Shown one piece after another: positions 27,101-35,773 of a DNA stretch of 56,938 nt (positions within the stretch are counted from its first letter, which is position 1; every line of letters begins with the position of its first letter). The DNA is taken from contig JBGCFM010000162.1 of the NCBI GenBank assembly GCA_045106895.1, positions 1 to 56,938 of the forward strand, read 5' to 3'. The position numbers and the translations under genes were made by a program. This DNA comes from Polyangiales bacterium (lineage in GTDB: Bacteria; Myxococcota_A; Polyangia; Polyangiales; Houyiibacteriaceae). The notes beneath the pieces are model-generated. The model ran no database searches and was not told the origin of the DNA. It was given only the letters and a program-made list of their open reading frames with translations.

Positions 27101-28674
27101 GGGCGCACAAGGAACGAGTCGGACAGCCGCGCGGACGTGGACTCGTCGCCCATGGTGAACGCACGCACTTGAGCGACGCCGAGGTCTCGAGGCGCAGCAA
27201 ACGTGAGCGTCGAGCCCGTGATGATTCGCGTGGCCACAATACGTTGAGACCGAAGCCGGGAGCCGTAGCCATCTGGCGAACCCGCGATGAGCTGAACGAC
27301 CACGGGCAGCGCGGGCCCGCGCACCCGGCGCCTCTGAATGTCCACATGGAGTTCCTCTCCAGGAGCTGCGATGTGCTCGCGAAGTGAAGCGCGAACGGGC
27401 GCGTCGCTAACGGCGACGCACTTGTGACGGGTGTCTCCGGGAGCGTCACTGAGAGCGAGTTCGAAGTACACGCCACGCTCGCAGTCCGATGTCGGCGCGG
27501 CGTCGTCGAGGCTAGCGCGAACCTCAAAACGAGCGACGCCGTGTTCGTTGGTTTGCACGCGCGTCTCGAAACCGCGAGCGCCGCGAATCGTCACGGACTG
27601 GTCTGCCGCGGGGCCCTCGTTGCTGTGAACGCTCAGCCAAACTTCCGACGCGACGCCATCCATGAGCGCGCCATGACGAGGGGCGAGGGAGAGCTGAAAC
27701 GAGCCTCGTCGCGCCACCAAGATACTCTCGCGGCCTTCAGCGCGGCCATGCACAGGGTGACTGACGCGCGCGACGACGCCGACGCCGAAGGGCGACGAAA
27801 GGACCGGGACCTGCACCTCCACGCTCGCCATGCCGGCGGCATCGCTCCGTACCTGCACCGCCTCGCGCTCTTCAACCTGAACTTCGACGAGGGCCCCCTC
27901 GATGGGCTCCCCGGTTTGTGAGCGCGCTTCCACACGGACCACCACATTGCCGCCAGGCTGCGTAGCCTCCTCGGGAACCGTGAGCGCGACAAAGAGCGGC
28001 TGTGATTCTCGCTGACCGAATCGGACCGTCTTGGAGGCGGACGTACCTCTCGAATACGCGCGGACCTCGGCGTCACCGCGTCGGACGCTCGATGCCTCGA
28101 AGACATGATGGGCGACGCCGGAAGGGCCGCTGATGGCGGTGGCCTCGCTTTGACCCGGGTCTGCGTGGAGGCGAAAAACGACGCGAGCTCCAGCGCGTGG
28201 TTCACCGCTCAGCGCATCGCGGACGAGGGCCCAAGCGTGAACGTCCTCGTCGCTCTCGTAGTGGCGGCGGTCCGTTTGAAACACGATCTCCGTGCGGGGC
28301 GCGGGAGTCACCGCAAAGACCGACTCGCGCTCGGCCCCTGGAGCGCGGATGACCAGCTCGCCGGCATCTCGTCCGGGAATGGCCACCTCTGCGGTGAAGA
28401 GCCCCTGCGCGTCGGAGGTCACGCGCTGCCACTCCACCTGCGGTGGCTCCCCGTGACGAAAGCCCAGCTCGATCTCCCGTGCAGCGGGCGTGAGCTCGGC
28501 GAGACCGCTCACCCGAAAGGCCTGCCCTTGCACCACCAAAGGCGTCCCCTCGTACGCCATCAGACCCGAAGGGAGCGTCACTTCGAGAGCGTCCTCCTGC
28601 GCCTCCACGGACTGAAGAAAAACGCTCTGGATACCCAAGATCCAAAGAAGACAACAAGTCAGGCGGCGGAGCAT
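24157..28674 (-). CDS. Alpha-2-macroglobulin family protein, paralog 1 (no thioester)
   Basis: MG2-like FQTDRRHYESDEDVHAWALV; A2M-like VRDNLPGTVHFLPAMPTDAQGRARVNIDLPPSATTF; Gly-rich bait-position region; C-terminal IDLPAG..GTLVLHL; no CxEQ. Confidence 0.85.
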   Translation of the reverse strand: MLRRLTCCLLWILGIQSVFLQSVEAQEDALEVTLPSGLMAYEGTPLVVQGQAFRVSGLAELTPAAREIELGFRHGEPPQVEWQRVTSDAQGLFTAEVAIPGRDAGELVIRAPGAERESVFAVTPAPRTEIVFQTDRRHYESDEDVHAWALVRDALSGEPRAGARVVFRLHADPGQSEATAISGPSGVAHHVFEASSVRRGDAEVRAYSRGTSASKTVRFGQRESQPLFVALTVPEEATQPGGNVVVRVEARSQTGEPIEGALVEVQVEEREAVQVRSDAAGMASVEVQVPVLSSPFGVGVVARVSHPVHGRAEGRESILVARRGSFQLSLAPRHGALMDGVASEVWLSVHSNEGPAADQSVTIRGARGFETRVQTNEHGVARFEVRASLDDAAPTSDCERGVYFELALSDAPGDTRHKCVAVSDAPVRASLREHIAAPGEELHVDIQRRRVRGPALPVVVQLIAGSPDGYGSRLRSQRIVATRIITGSTLTFAAPRDLGVAQVRAFTMGDESTSARLSDSFLVRPAPHFASARARVRDGGVDVEVDGGGPGWVAVDVRDLAQHGGESSFRESFLGGRFRRAMLAPQSPADHALLASALAPFSARLPAAASANLERDARHRAREFRERGVARLYRYLEERLAADPQGVAEGTGPRRRFRSGVFGDSRGFAGRRVTPAQLQSADRSFSFESAARRRARAQLVRVLAAAVAHEDNVPTSARIISHLLQSGAVSTSDTMDPWGGVVGFRSRPAGVHSFFESTAETLAFPGPDGRLGTRDDIVDPFGRVVAEGTPYAVASGEDDRMRTISLMSVGGEALLAMARAFDRMTPAMREDYNGDAAHGAALTVDEGSIGLMGIGTIGHGGGSGYGRGAGGFGGRSSRTPRIRSGAASVAPMPGSSILGAVRDNLPGTVHFLPAMPTDAQGRARVNIDLPPSATTFLVEVIHWQSNGWRSSARTRFETHLPVAVQASSPSVATMGDVLRLPIRIANSTSEGERLRVSVDAGELAQSGEARSLDVAAGGRARTFVPLNIGTSGDGHIVIRALGAAGSGDRLRSAVHVRPRGLRREISIDEVHVHEAEIRIDAPARAEATLFVESGAAIYALQEPAWVAWGHVLAERQPRPAMMAESIDTLSGDDPLDGRALSVAWRSPELTDDAIREVIEAYETQGSLMDGVWLLGAAPALRDLTRRPAIRSALERFARVQIDGLIEAASEDTAKVELQALAAAILMTLGEPRHRAQAEEFARRVRREMVQVGSAVWVPESERGHKMWASAFLAYADVLLGELGEAGALIRTMSTENAEANVLTDIPRAMARVVAVRLGTARSVAIQTGAQERTLALEQGRGTQELTIAAGDTLRLQARGVFRAWLRVSVTQPWTSAEHSPLILERDEASEDLALDGRGEWTVRVRNRSPRMLRRTTVHIDLPAGATLESTCLERLRADYEATIQEGTLVLHLSALFPGRERRIPVALRFGAAGTMEGLGVYAFPQARPDAFAVHAPQRLEIGGGQ

Positions 28675-28826
28675 ATCGGCCGGACACCCCTAAGCCAGAA
28701 AGGTTCCGCGCATCAGCGAATCACCCGCGAGTCTGGGATCGGTGCCTCGTCTGGAACAACCCGGAGAAGAGCAGGTCGCAGGCTCGCGCCTCAGCGCATA
28801 CGGATGAAAGGAAGATCGCTCTATCG

Positions 28827-30443
28827 ATGGCCGTATCATTGGGCAACCAGGTGCGTAGTAAACTCCGAAAACCAAGTTCTCCTCTCCGTGTCGCTGCCCT
28901 GAATTGGCTGATGGCGGGTTGGCTGATGGCGGCCGTGCTCGCTGGCGCTTGTCGCCGGACTACCGAGGAAGAAGTCTCGACACAACTTGCCAGCACCCCC
29001 GTGACGAGTGAGGCGCTCCGGAGCTGGGCCGAGTCCCAGAGCTATGTGGTGCGCACGGAAGGCATATCTCGCGGTTCCGGCGGCGGCCCGTGTGGACACT
29101 CGCCCCTTTGTATCCTGGTGCCCGTTGGCCAAGTACTCGGCGCGATCTTCTCCGAGCGCTCAGAGCTCATCACCGTCCTCGATGGAGAGACCGTCATGGC
29201 GCAGGGAGCCTTCAAGGAGAGCGGAGGGTTGCTCCATATGCGCACCCGTCAGGACGATCATTGGAGGGAATTTCAGAGACTACCCCTCTCGACCATCCAC
29301 CGAGAGCCCATCGTCGAAACGGCTTCCATCGACATCAACGCGGACGGCTCTGACGGCGAGAGAACACCCCTTCCAATCCTTCCTCAGCTCGCGCCCGAGA
29401 ATCCCCTCGACGACTATGACGCCTATCTCGAACGGTTTTCTCCCAACGATGATCGGTCCTACTGGATGCAAGCCCTCATAGAGGCGCTACGTTACTTCCC
29501 GAACGAAGCGGATTCTTGGGTAACGGCACACATCAGAGGCGCCTCAAGGGACCGGCAAGCCGCGCTGCTTTCCCGCGTCTGTAACTCGGCTCCGGACACG
29601 CCTGAACAGCATGCCCTCGAATCCTTCGCCTTCGACGCCTACGAAGCGCTCATGTTCGATGGCGCCCGAGTTCGCCCGGAAATCACCTTCAACCTTCACA
29701 ACTGCAGAACGCAGCGGCAGCGCGTTCTGGGCCGATATGCGCGGGCGCTCTGTGACGGGGACGAGGTGTTAGCGAGAAGGAACCCTATTCATGATGACGA
29801 CGTTGAACTCGAAGGCTGCCCCCAACGTCGCCCGCTCCTCGCACTTTGGTTCGGCCGCGAGCCGAGCCCCGCACGTCTTCGTGAGGCATTCGAATCGGAC
29901 CCTTTTGCAGATGCCTTCTACCAACACCTGCGCTGGGAGCGACCACTCGACCGCGCGTTACTCTTTGAACGCATCGACCGCGCTCCCTTCGAACGGCGAC
30001 ATCTCTACCCGCTCCTCTACGGGGGAGTTCACCCGAACGACGCCGAGCTTGCGACGCTCTGGCGCGCGATGAATCGAACTTCGCCGCTTGAACGCATCGG
30101 CACATCTCTGGCTTGGCTCATCTCTCGTGCCGACGCCCCACGACGCGCCGCTCTTTTGGCCACAGTGGCCGAATCGCCGGAACGCTGCGCGCTCGCGAGC
30201 CGGGCTCTACTCGGCGACACGCAGAGTGCCAGGCATGCGCTGAATGGCCTTTCAGAAGACGCCATCGACTGGGACTCCGTCCGTGCGCCGACACCCGGTC
30301 GTCACTCTCGGGCCTATATCACAGGGGTTCAAACCTGCGAGACTCTCGCCGCTTGGGCGCTCGCTCGACGCGGTTGCGGCGTCGATGAGCTGCGCACCAT
30401 GCTACGCAACCCTTCGACGACGCTGACGTGCTTTATTCCATAG
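28827..30443 (+). CDS. Hypothetical (possible lipoprotein), helical C-terminal half
   Basis: Long ORF; hydrophobic stretch ending LAGAC; start uncertain. Confidence 0.65.
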   Translation: MAVSLGNQVRSKLRKPSSPLRVAALNWLMAGWLMAAVLAGACRRTTEEEVSTQLASTPVTSEALRSWAESQSYVVRTEGISRGSGGGPCGHSPLCILVPVGQVLGAIFSERSELITVLDGETVMAQGAFKESGGLLHMRTRQDDHWREFQRLPLSTIHREPIVETASIDINADGSDGERTPLPILPQLAPENPLDDYDAYLERFSPNDDRSYWMQALIEALRYFPNEADSWVTAHIRGASRDRQAALLSRVCNSAPDTPEQHALESFAFDAYEALMFDGARVRPEITFNLHNCRTQRQRVLGRYARALCDGDEVLARRNPIHDDDVELEGCPQRRPLLALWFGREPSPARLREAFESDPFADAFYQHLRWERPLDRALLFERIDRAPFERRHLYPLLYGGVHPNDAELATLWRAMNRTSPLERIGTSLAWLISRADAPRRAALLATVAESPERCALASRALLGDTQSARHALNGLSEDAIDWDSVRAPTPGRHSRAYITGVQTCETLAAWALARRGCGVDELRTMLRNPSTTLTCFIP

Positions 30444-30464
30444 CGACGGCGCCTAGGCCCGGGC

Positions 30465-32225
30465 TTAGAGCTGGCGCTCGACGAGACGTTTGTACACGCC
30501 GTCGGCGGCCATCAACGTGTCGTGGCTGCCCTTCTCGGCGAGGCGCCCGTCGTCGAGCACGACGATGAGATCGGCATCCCGAACCGTGCTCAAACGGTGA
30601 GCGATGATGAGCGTCGTTCGCCCATGTGTGACCCGCCGCAGAGCGTCTTGAATCAACGCCTCGCTCTCCGCGTCCAGGTTGCTCGTGGCCTCATCAAGGA
30701 TCAGCAAGTCTGGGTCGGCGAGCATCGCTCGGGCGATGGCGACGCGCTGGCGCTGGCCACCGCTGAGCTGAACGCCACGTTCACCGCAGAGCGTGTCGTA
30801 GCCGTCCGGGAACGCCTCGACGAAGTCGTGCACGTTGGCCTGCTTCGCGGCTTCGATGACTTCGCTCGTGGACGCGCCTGGTCGTCCATAAGCGATGTTC
30901 TCGGCGATGGTGCCGCTGAAGAGAACCGGGTCCTGGGGCACAAGCGCGATGCTCTCGCGCAACGCGTCCAGAGAGAGCGAGCGAAGATCGGTGCCGCCAA
31001 GGGTGACGCTGCCTTCGCTTGGGTCGTAGAAACGCGGGACGAGCGCCGTCAGCGTGGTCTTTCCGGCGCCGGAGGGTCCCACCAGCGCCACGGTGGTGCC
31101 CGCTTCGATGCTGAGATCGATGTTCCGGAGAACAGGGTCGTCCGGCCGGCCCTCGTAGGCGAAGCTCACATCATCAAAGCGCAGCGGAGAGCCGCCGGGG
31201 GGCATTTCATCCGGCGTTTCAGGGTTTCGGACGTCGGGGACGGCGTCGATGATCGCGTACAGGCGCTCCGTGGCGCCGGCGGCTCGCTGGAGCGCTGTCC
31301 ACATATTCGAGAGGCTCGCGAGCGCTAAGGCGACGATGGTCGTGTAGAGCACAAAGGCCATCAGCCCGCCCGGGTCGAGCTCCCCTGAGGCAACGCGGTG
31401 GCCACCGAGCCAGACGACAAAGGCCAACGCCAGGAAGCCGCTGAGGCTGCTGACGGACATGAAGGTCGCACGCCAACGCGCCAATGAAAGCGCGGTGCCG
31501 AAAGCCACCTCTACGCCTTCCGCGTAGCGGTCTTTCTCACGCTCCTCTTGGGTGAATGCCTGCACCGTCATGATGGCGCCGAGCACCTCCTGCACGCGGC
31601 CGTTGGTGAGAGCGATGGCGTCTTGGAGCTTCTTGCTCATGCGCCGAATGAAACGGCCAAAGACCATCACGGAGAGGATCATCGGCGGAACGATGAGCAT
31701 CATGTAGAGGGCGAGGCCTGCGTCCTCGAGGAGCAACAAGGTCACGCCGCCAATAAGCTGAACTAAGTTGCGAAGGCCAATGCTGAGCTCGCTCCCCACG
31801 AAGGCTTGAAGCGTCGTGACGTCGCCGGAGATTCGCCCGACGAGCTCGCCGGTGCGCCGCGTATGAAACCAGCCGGGTGGCAACGCGATGAGCCGCGCAA
31901 AAACTCGCTGGCGCATGTCCGCGACGGCGCGTTCGCCCAGCCAGCTCATCAGGTAGTGGCGACACCACGTGAACACGGACTGGATGAGGAAGAGCGCCAC
32001 CAGGAGCATGCCCACCTCGTCAAAGGCGTCCACGGTCCCGTGCTCATCGAGCTCGTTGATGGCGTATTTGATGGCGCGTGGGTACGCGAGGCCAATGGCG
32101 CTGCCGGCGAAGAGAAAGAGGCTCCCCAGCGCGAAACGGCCTCGATGAGGCTTCACCAACTCCAAAATACGCAAAGCGCGCTTCCGGGACGGCTTTTCCC
32201 CTAGATCCGCCTCAGTTTTGGCCAT
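30465..32225 (-). CDS. ABC exporter, fused permease/ATPase (MsbA-like family)
   Basis: Six-TM domain; GPSGAGKT; LSGGQRQR; ILDEATS; IAHRLST. Confidence 0.95.
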   Translation of the reverse strand: MAKTEADLGEKPSRKRALRILELVKPHRGRFALGSLFLFAGSAIGLAYPRAIKYAINELDEHGTVDAFDEVGMLLVALFLIQSVFTWCRHYLMSWLGERAVADMRQRVFARLIALPPGWFHTRRTGELVGRISGDVTTLQAFVGSELSIGLRNLVQLIGGVTLLLLEDAGLALYMMLIVPPMILSVMVFGRFIRRMSKKLQDAIALTNGRVQEVLGAIMTVQAFTQEEREKDRYAEGVEVAFGTALSLARWRATFMSVSSLSGFLALAFVVWLGGHRVASGELDPGGLMAFVLYTTIVALALASLSNMWTALQRAAGATERLYAIIDAVPDVRNPETPDEMPPGGSPLRFDDVSFAYEGRPDDPVLRNIDLSIEAGTTVALVGPSGAGKTTLTALVPRFYDPSEGSVTLGGTDLRSLSLDALRESIALVPQDPVLFSGTIAENIAYGRPGASTSEVIEAAKQANVHDFVEAFPDGYDTLCGERGVQLSGGQRQRVAIARAMLADPDLLILDEATSNLDAESEALIQDALRRVTHGRTTLIIAHRLSTVRDADLIVVLDDGRLAEKGSHDTLMAADGVYKRLVERQL

Positions 32226-32310
32226 TCAGGTGTTTGTCTGTGTACCGCTCATAGCGTTAGCAAAGGCGACCCTACAGCTTGAACTCGTTTCACGCTCGGA
32301 AAGTGCTAAG

Positions 32311-32928
32311 ATGGGCGCAACGAAAGAGGACGGCGCAAGGAGCGCTGTGGGAGCTGGGATCATTTCTGCGAAAGTTTTTGTTGGTAACCTGAACTACCGA
32401 ACCACCAAGGAGGAGCTCTCAGCTTTCCTTGGGGCGGCAGGTGAAATTGTTGATTGCTTCCTTCCGACGGATCGAGAGACAGGCCGCCCACGCGGTTTTG
32501 GTTTCGTCACGTTTGCGTCGGCGGAGCAAGCTGCTGCATGCGTTGAGAAGTTCAACGGGGCCGACTTCAATGGGCGGAACCTGAACATCAACCCTGCGGA
32601 GGAACGTGGACGTCGTCCCGCTGGTGGACGTGGACGTCCGGGCGGTGGCGGCGGCGGCGGCGGTGATCGTGGCGATCGACGTCTCTCGGTTCAGCAGTTC
32701 AAGCGCGGCGGTGGTGGCGGCGGTGGAGGCCACGGCGGTCCTCCTCGACGCGGCTACTCGCCCCCTCCCGAGCCAGCTGCGCCGGCGTGGGACACGAGCG
32801 ATCGTCAGTACAAAGAACACGACGGCCCTACGGATGAGTGGGGAGCCCCGATGGGCAAGAAGAAGAAGAAGTCCAAGGGTTCGCGAAGGAACCTGCGTGC
32901 GCGCAAGCACGACATGGACGACGACTGA
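32311..32928 (+). CDS. RRM RNA-binding protein with RGG/Gly-rich region and Lys-rich tail
   Basis: RNP2 VFVGNL; RNP1 RGFGFVTF; poly-Gly; KKKKKSKGSRR. Start uncertain (ATG 32311, GTG 32347 or ATT 32362). Confidence 0.92.
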   Translation: MGATKEDGARSAVGAGIISAKVFVGNLNYRTTKEELSAFLGAAGEIVDCFLPTDRETGRPRGFGFVTFASAEQAAACVEKFNGADFNGRNLNINPAEERGRRPAGGRGRPGGGGGGGGDRGDRRLSVQQFKRGGGGGGGGHGGPPRRGYSPPPEPAAPAWDTSDRQYKEHDGPTDEWGAPMGKKKKKSKGSRRNLRARKHDMDDD

Positions 32929-32979
32929 GCCGACGCGCGCCTAGTTTCCTGAGTCAGGGCACTAGCGTTTGGGTGGCGC

Positions 32980-33561
32980 ATGCATCGCTTCTACTTTCCC
33001 CGCTGTCCCGTTGAGGGCCCGACGGATCCGCCGGTGTCCTACGCGCATGGGGCTTCGCGCGGCGCCATCCCAAATAAGTGTGGTGGGTGTGAGCACTCCT
33101 TCGAAGGGAGCTGCGCGCGGTTCACCGACGAGCTGCAGCGCTACATGCACCTTGACCATGGCCCCTGCGGGGTCGACGGCCCCACGGATCCTGTCGTCTA
33201 CGAAGACGAGTTCGTCACGTCGAAGGTCGAGATCCCCCGGAAATGTGCGGACTGCGTTTTCCTCACCCACGGGCCGATCTACGGTTTCACCTGTCGCAAG
33301 GACGAAGAGAAGTGGGGAGATTGTCGGCGTGGACTCGACTGGGGAGGTTGGTCACCCGAGCGAATCCACCTCGAGCTTCCGCCGCCTCGGGTCACCACGA
33401 AAGCGCTCGTCGACTTCGCGTATGACGAGGAGCGCATCCGCTTCATCACCGAGCACCGACGGGTCAACCCGGGGCTCTCGATGCAAGAAGCCAAAGCAGA
33501 CTACGCACATCTTCGCGCGCTGATTTCCAAGCGCGCAGCGAACGCCGACTCTGACGCCTGA
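32980..33561 (+). CDS. Hypothetical Cys-rich protein with internally duplicated putative Zn-binding module
   Basis: CPVEGPTDP..IPNKCGGC..C..LDHG and CGVDGPTDP..IPRKCADC..C..LDWG. Confidence 0.75.
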   Translation: MHRFYFPRCPVEGPTDPPVSYAHGASRGAIPNKCGGCEHSFEGSCARFTDELQRYMHLDHGPCGVDGPTDPVVYEDEFVTSKVEIPRKCADCVFLTHGPIYGFTCRKDEEKWGDCRRGLDWGGWSPERIHLELPPPRVTTKALVDFAYDEERIRFITEHRRVNPGLSMQEAKADYAHLRALISKRAANADSDA

Positions 33562-33573
33562 GAGCGTCAGAGT
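33548..33573. terminator. 10-bp perfect inverted repeat between convergent genes (possible terminator)
   Basis: ACTCTGACGC-CTGAGA-GCGTCAGAGT; right arm repeated at 33577-33586; no U-tract. Confidence 0.5.
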
Positions 33574-33588
33574 AACAGCGTCAGAGCA

Positions 33589-34371
33589 CTACTGCGCAGG
33601 AGCGGCTGCGGGCGTGCCCTGACCGATGAGCACGGTCATGCCGGCGCCGGCCGTGACGCGAGTCGTGGCTTCCGTCAGGCCGATGTCGATGGACGCATCG
33701 AGCTGAAAACGCGAGGCGATCTGCGCCGTGATGCCACCCCCAACGTAAGGCAGCGGGTCGATTCCGCGGGGCCAGATCGCGAAAAACTGCCCGTACACGC
33801 CGACGGCGTCGGTGATGGTGATTCCGAAGGCGAAGCTGCCCTCGCCTTGGATGACGGCGGCGCCGCCAAGGTTCGTGGTGCCGCCTGCGAGGTTCCCGCC
33901 GATGGAAACGGCGCCAAGTGCTACGGCCCAGTTCCACTCGATGCGGCCGGTGTTGACGCCGCCTTCGGTGGCGATGGAGAGGCTCGGGACGAAGCTGGTG
34001 GAGAAGCTGCTCGTCGGTGCCGCAGCGATCTTCAGACCGATGGTGGTGTCTCCGAAGGCCACCCCGTTGTCGCCGGGGTCTGGGACGAAGATACCGACGA
34101 CGCTTGGAATCGCGAGCCGTAGTTCGAGCCATTCGGACAGGCCGAAACGGACTAGAAAATTCGGGCCAGAGAGCGTCTCTGGATCGTCCTCATCGAAGGT
34201 AAAACCCGCGCCTAGTTCAATGATGGGCCGAAGCGAAGGCGCCGCCGACGTCGAGTTCGAATAACCCGGCCGGTCTGAGCTGAAACCCTCCGCAGCCTGG
34301 GCTTCTACGCTCGACGCCATTCCGAAGACGGCGAGCGCAGCGATGAGAGCGACGCCGGGGCCGCGAATCAA
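33589..34371 (-). CDS. Outer-membrane beta-barrel transporter (Phenol_MetA_deg-like family)
   Basis: Signal peptide; SDRPG N-terminal motif; LVRFGLSEWLELRL; GDTTIGLK; FQLDAS. Confidence 0.8.
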   Translation of the reverse strand: MIRGPGVALIAALAVFGMASSVEAQAAEGFSSDRPGYSNSTSAAPSLRPIIELGAGFTFDEDDPETLSGPNFLVRFGLSEWLELRLAIPSVVGIFVPDPGDNGVAFGDTTIGLKIAAAPTSSFSTSFVPSLSIATEGGVNTGRIEWNWAVALGAVSIGGNLAGGTTNLGGAAVIQGEGSFAFGITITDAVGVYGQFFAIWPRGIDPLPYVGGGITAQIASRFQLDASIDIGLTEATTRVTAGAGMTVLIGQGTPAAAPAQ

Positions 34372-34856
34372 TGTTCGTGTCCGCCGGGACCGTGAACGTG
34401 TCCGTGCGCCGTCTCTTCCTCTGTGGCGTCGCGGATCTCCAAGACCTTCACGTGGAAGTTCAAGTTGATGCCGCTCAGCGGATGCAGCGGCGTGCAGATG
34501 ATCGTTGGGCCCTGAATCTTCGTGACCCAGAGAGGGAAGGTCTTGCCGTCCTTCGTCTGCGTCTGAAAGCTCATGCCCCGCTCCACGGGAACATCGGCTG
34601 GAAAACGCGAACGCGGCATGCGGATCGGCTTCACCTTCTGCTTGGGGCCATAGCCTTCTTCCGCAGGCACGCGCGCGTCGAACTCATCGCCGACACTCTT
34701 GCCCGCGAGCTGCTTCTCCAGCCCGGGAACAATGTTCCGACTGCCGTGAAGGTACATAAGTGGTCGATCTTCTTTCGAGCGATCGAGCTCTTCGCCCTTG
34801 TCGTTGGTGAGGACGTACTCAAGGCTCACAGCCTTACCGTTTTCGATGGTGGTCAC
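34368..34856 (-). CDS. slyD: FKBP-type peptidyl-prolyl isomerase SlyD
   Basis: VSLEYVL; YLHGSRNIVPGLEKQL; PAEEGYG; HPLSGINLNFHVKVLEIRDATEEETAHGHVHGPGGHEH. Confidence 0.95.
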   Translation of the reverse strand: MTTIENGKAVSLEYVLTNDKGEELDRSKEDRPLMYLHGSRNIVPGLEKQLAGKSVGDEFDARVPAEEGYGPKQKVKPIRMPRSRFPADVPVERGMSFQTQTKDGKTFPLWVTKIQGPTIICTPLHPLSGINLNFHVKVLEIRDATEEETAHGHVHGPGGHEH

Positions 34857-34948
34857 GCTGGCGGGGTAGCAGGCCCTACGGCTTTTCTCCAGTTTTCATC
34901 CGACGGGCGCCATTCGCTGGGACGTCGGCTGTTGAGGTAGATTATGGG

Positions 34949-35752
34949 ATGCCAAACGCATTTCCGTACTTTGGACACGCCCTTGGCTCTCTCTCGAGGG
35001 ACCTTCAGATCAACGTCGTGTACGAGCAGGCGCCGAACGAAGCCGAACAAAAGCTCATCGCGCAGAAGCTCGGCGTCCTCGGAAAAGCGACGTTCTTTGG
35101 GGCCGCTTCGTCCTACCTCATCGGCAGCAGCTTCCTCAAAGCTGGGGTACTCCACGACCCGACCTACGACGATTCCCCGGAGCTCCTCGAGGAGCCCGCG
35201 ATGTACGAGGCTTATGGGCTCGAAGCCGGTTCCATCACGGACAAAGCCAAGCGCATGCTTGCTTACTCCTGGCTCGTCGACGAGGGGCTAAGAGAGCTTC
35301 ATGGCGCCGTGCCCATCGCGCTCGTGACGGCGCAGCACGGCTCCCGCACGCAGCGAAGCCCCTGGCACCAGGACAGCCTTCAGCACATGGACGATGCCCT
35401 CGCCTCCCTTGAAAGCCTCTACCTTTCCGAGGCCTTCACCTCGAAGAAGGATCAGAACTACAAGAAGCGCAACTACCTCCAATCGCCGGGTAAAGTCATG
35501 CAGGAATTCTTGCGCGCGTTCTTGGTCGCTCCCAAGAACATCAAGACCTTCGACGCCAACGAACGACAACGCCTCAGCGACGCCGCGAAACTAGCGATTG
35601 GCTACGAGAAAATCTCGGACAAACGGCTCTTCGGAATGCGCATGCTTCTCACCGACGAGCCCCTCGAAGAACAGATCGCCCTTGTGCCCAAGAAGTTTCA
35701 GGCCCTGCACCGCAAGCTTACGCCCAAAGAAGTGCGGGCCGACGCGTTCTAG
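34949..35752 (+). CDS. Hypothetical protein
   Basis: 267-aa ORF with natural composition filling the gap; no motif recognised. Confidence 0.75.
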   Translation: MPNAFPYFGHALGSLSRDLQINVVYEQAPNEAEQKLIAQKLGVLGKATFFGAASSYLIGSSFLKAGVLHDPTYDDSPELLEEPAMYEAYGLEAGSITDKAKRMLAYSWLVDEGLRELHGAVPIALVTAQHGSRTQRSPWHQDSLQHMDDALASLESLYLSEAFTSKKDQNYKKRNYLQSPGKVMQEFLRAFLVAPKNIKTFDANERQRLSDAAKLAIGYEKISDKRLFGMRMLLTDEPLEEQIALVPKKFQALHRKLTPKEVRADAF

Positions 35753-35773
35753 CAGAATGGGCCGCAGCTGCGC

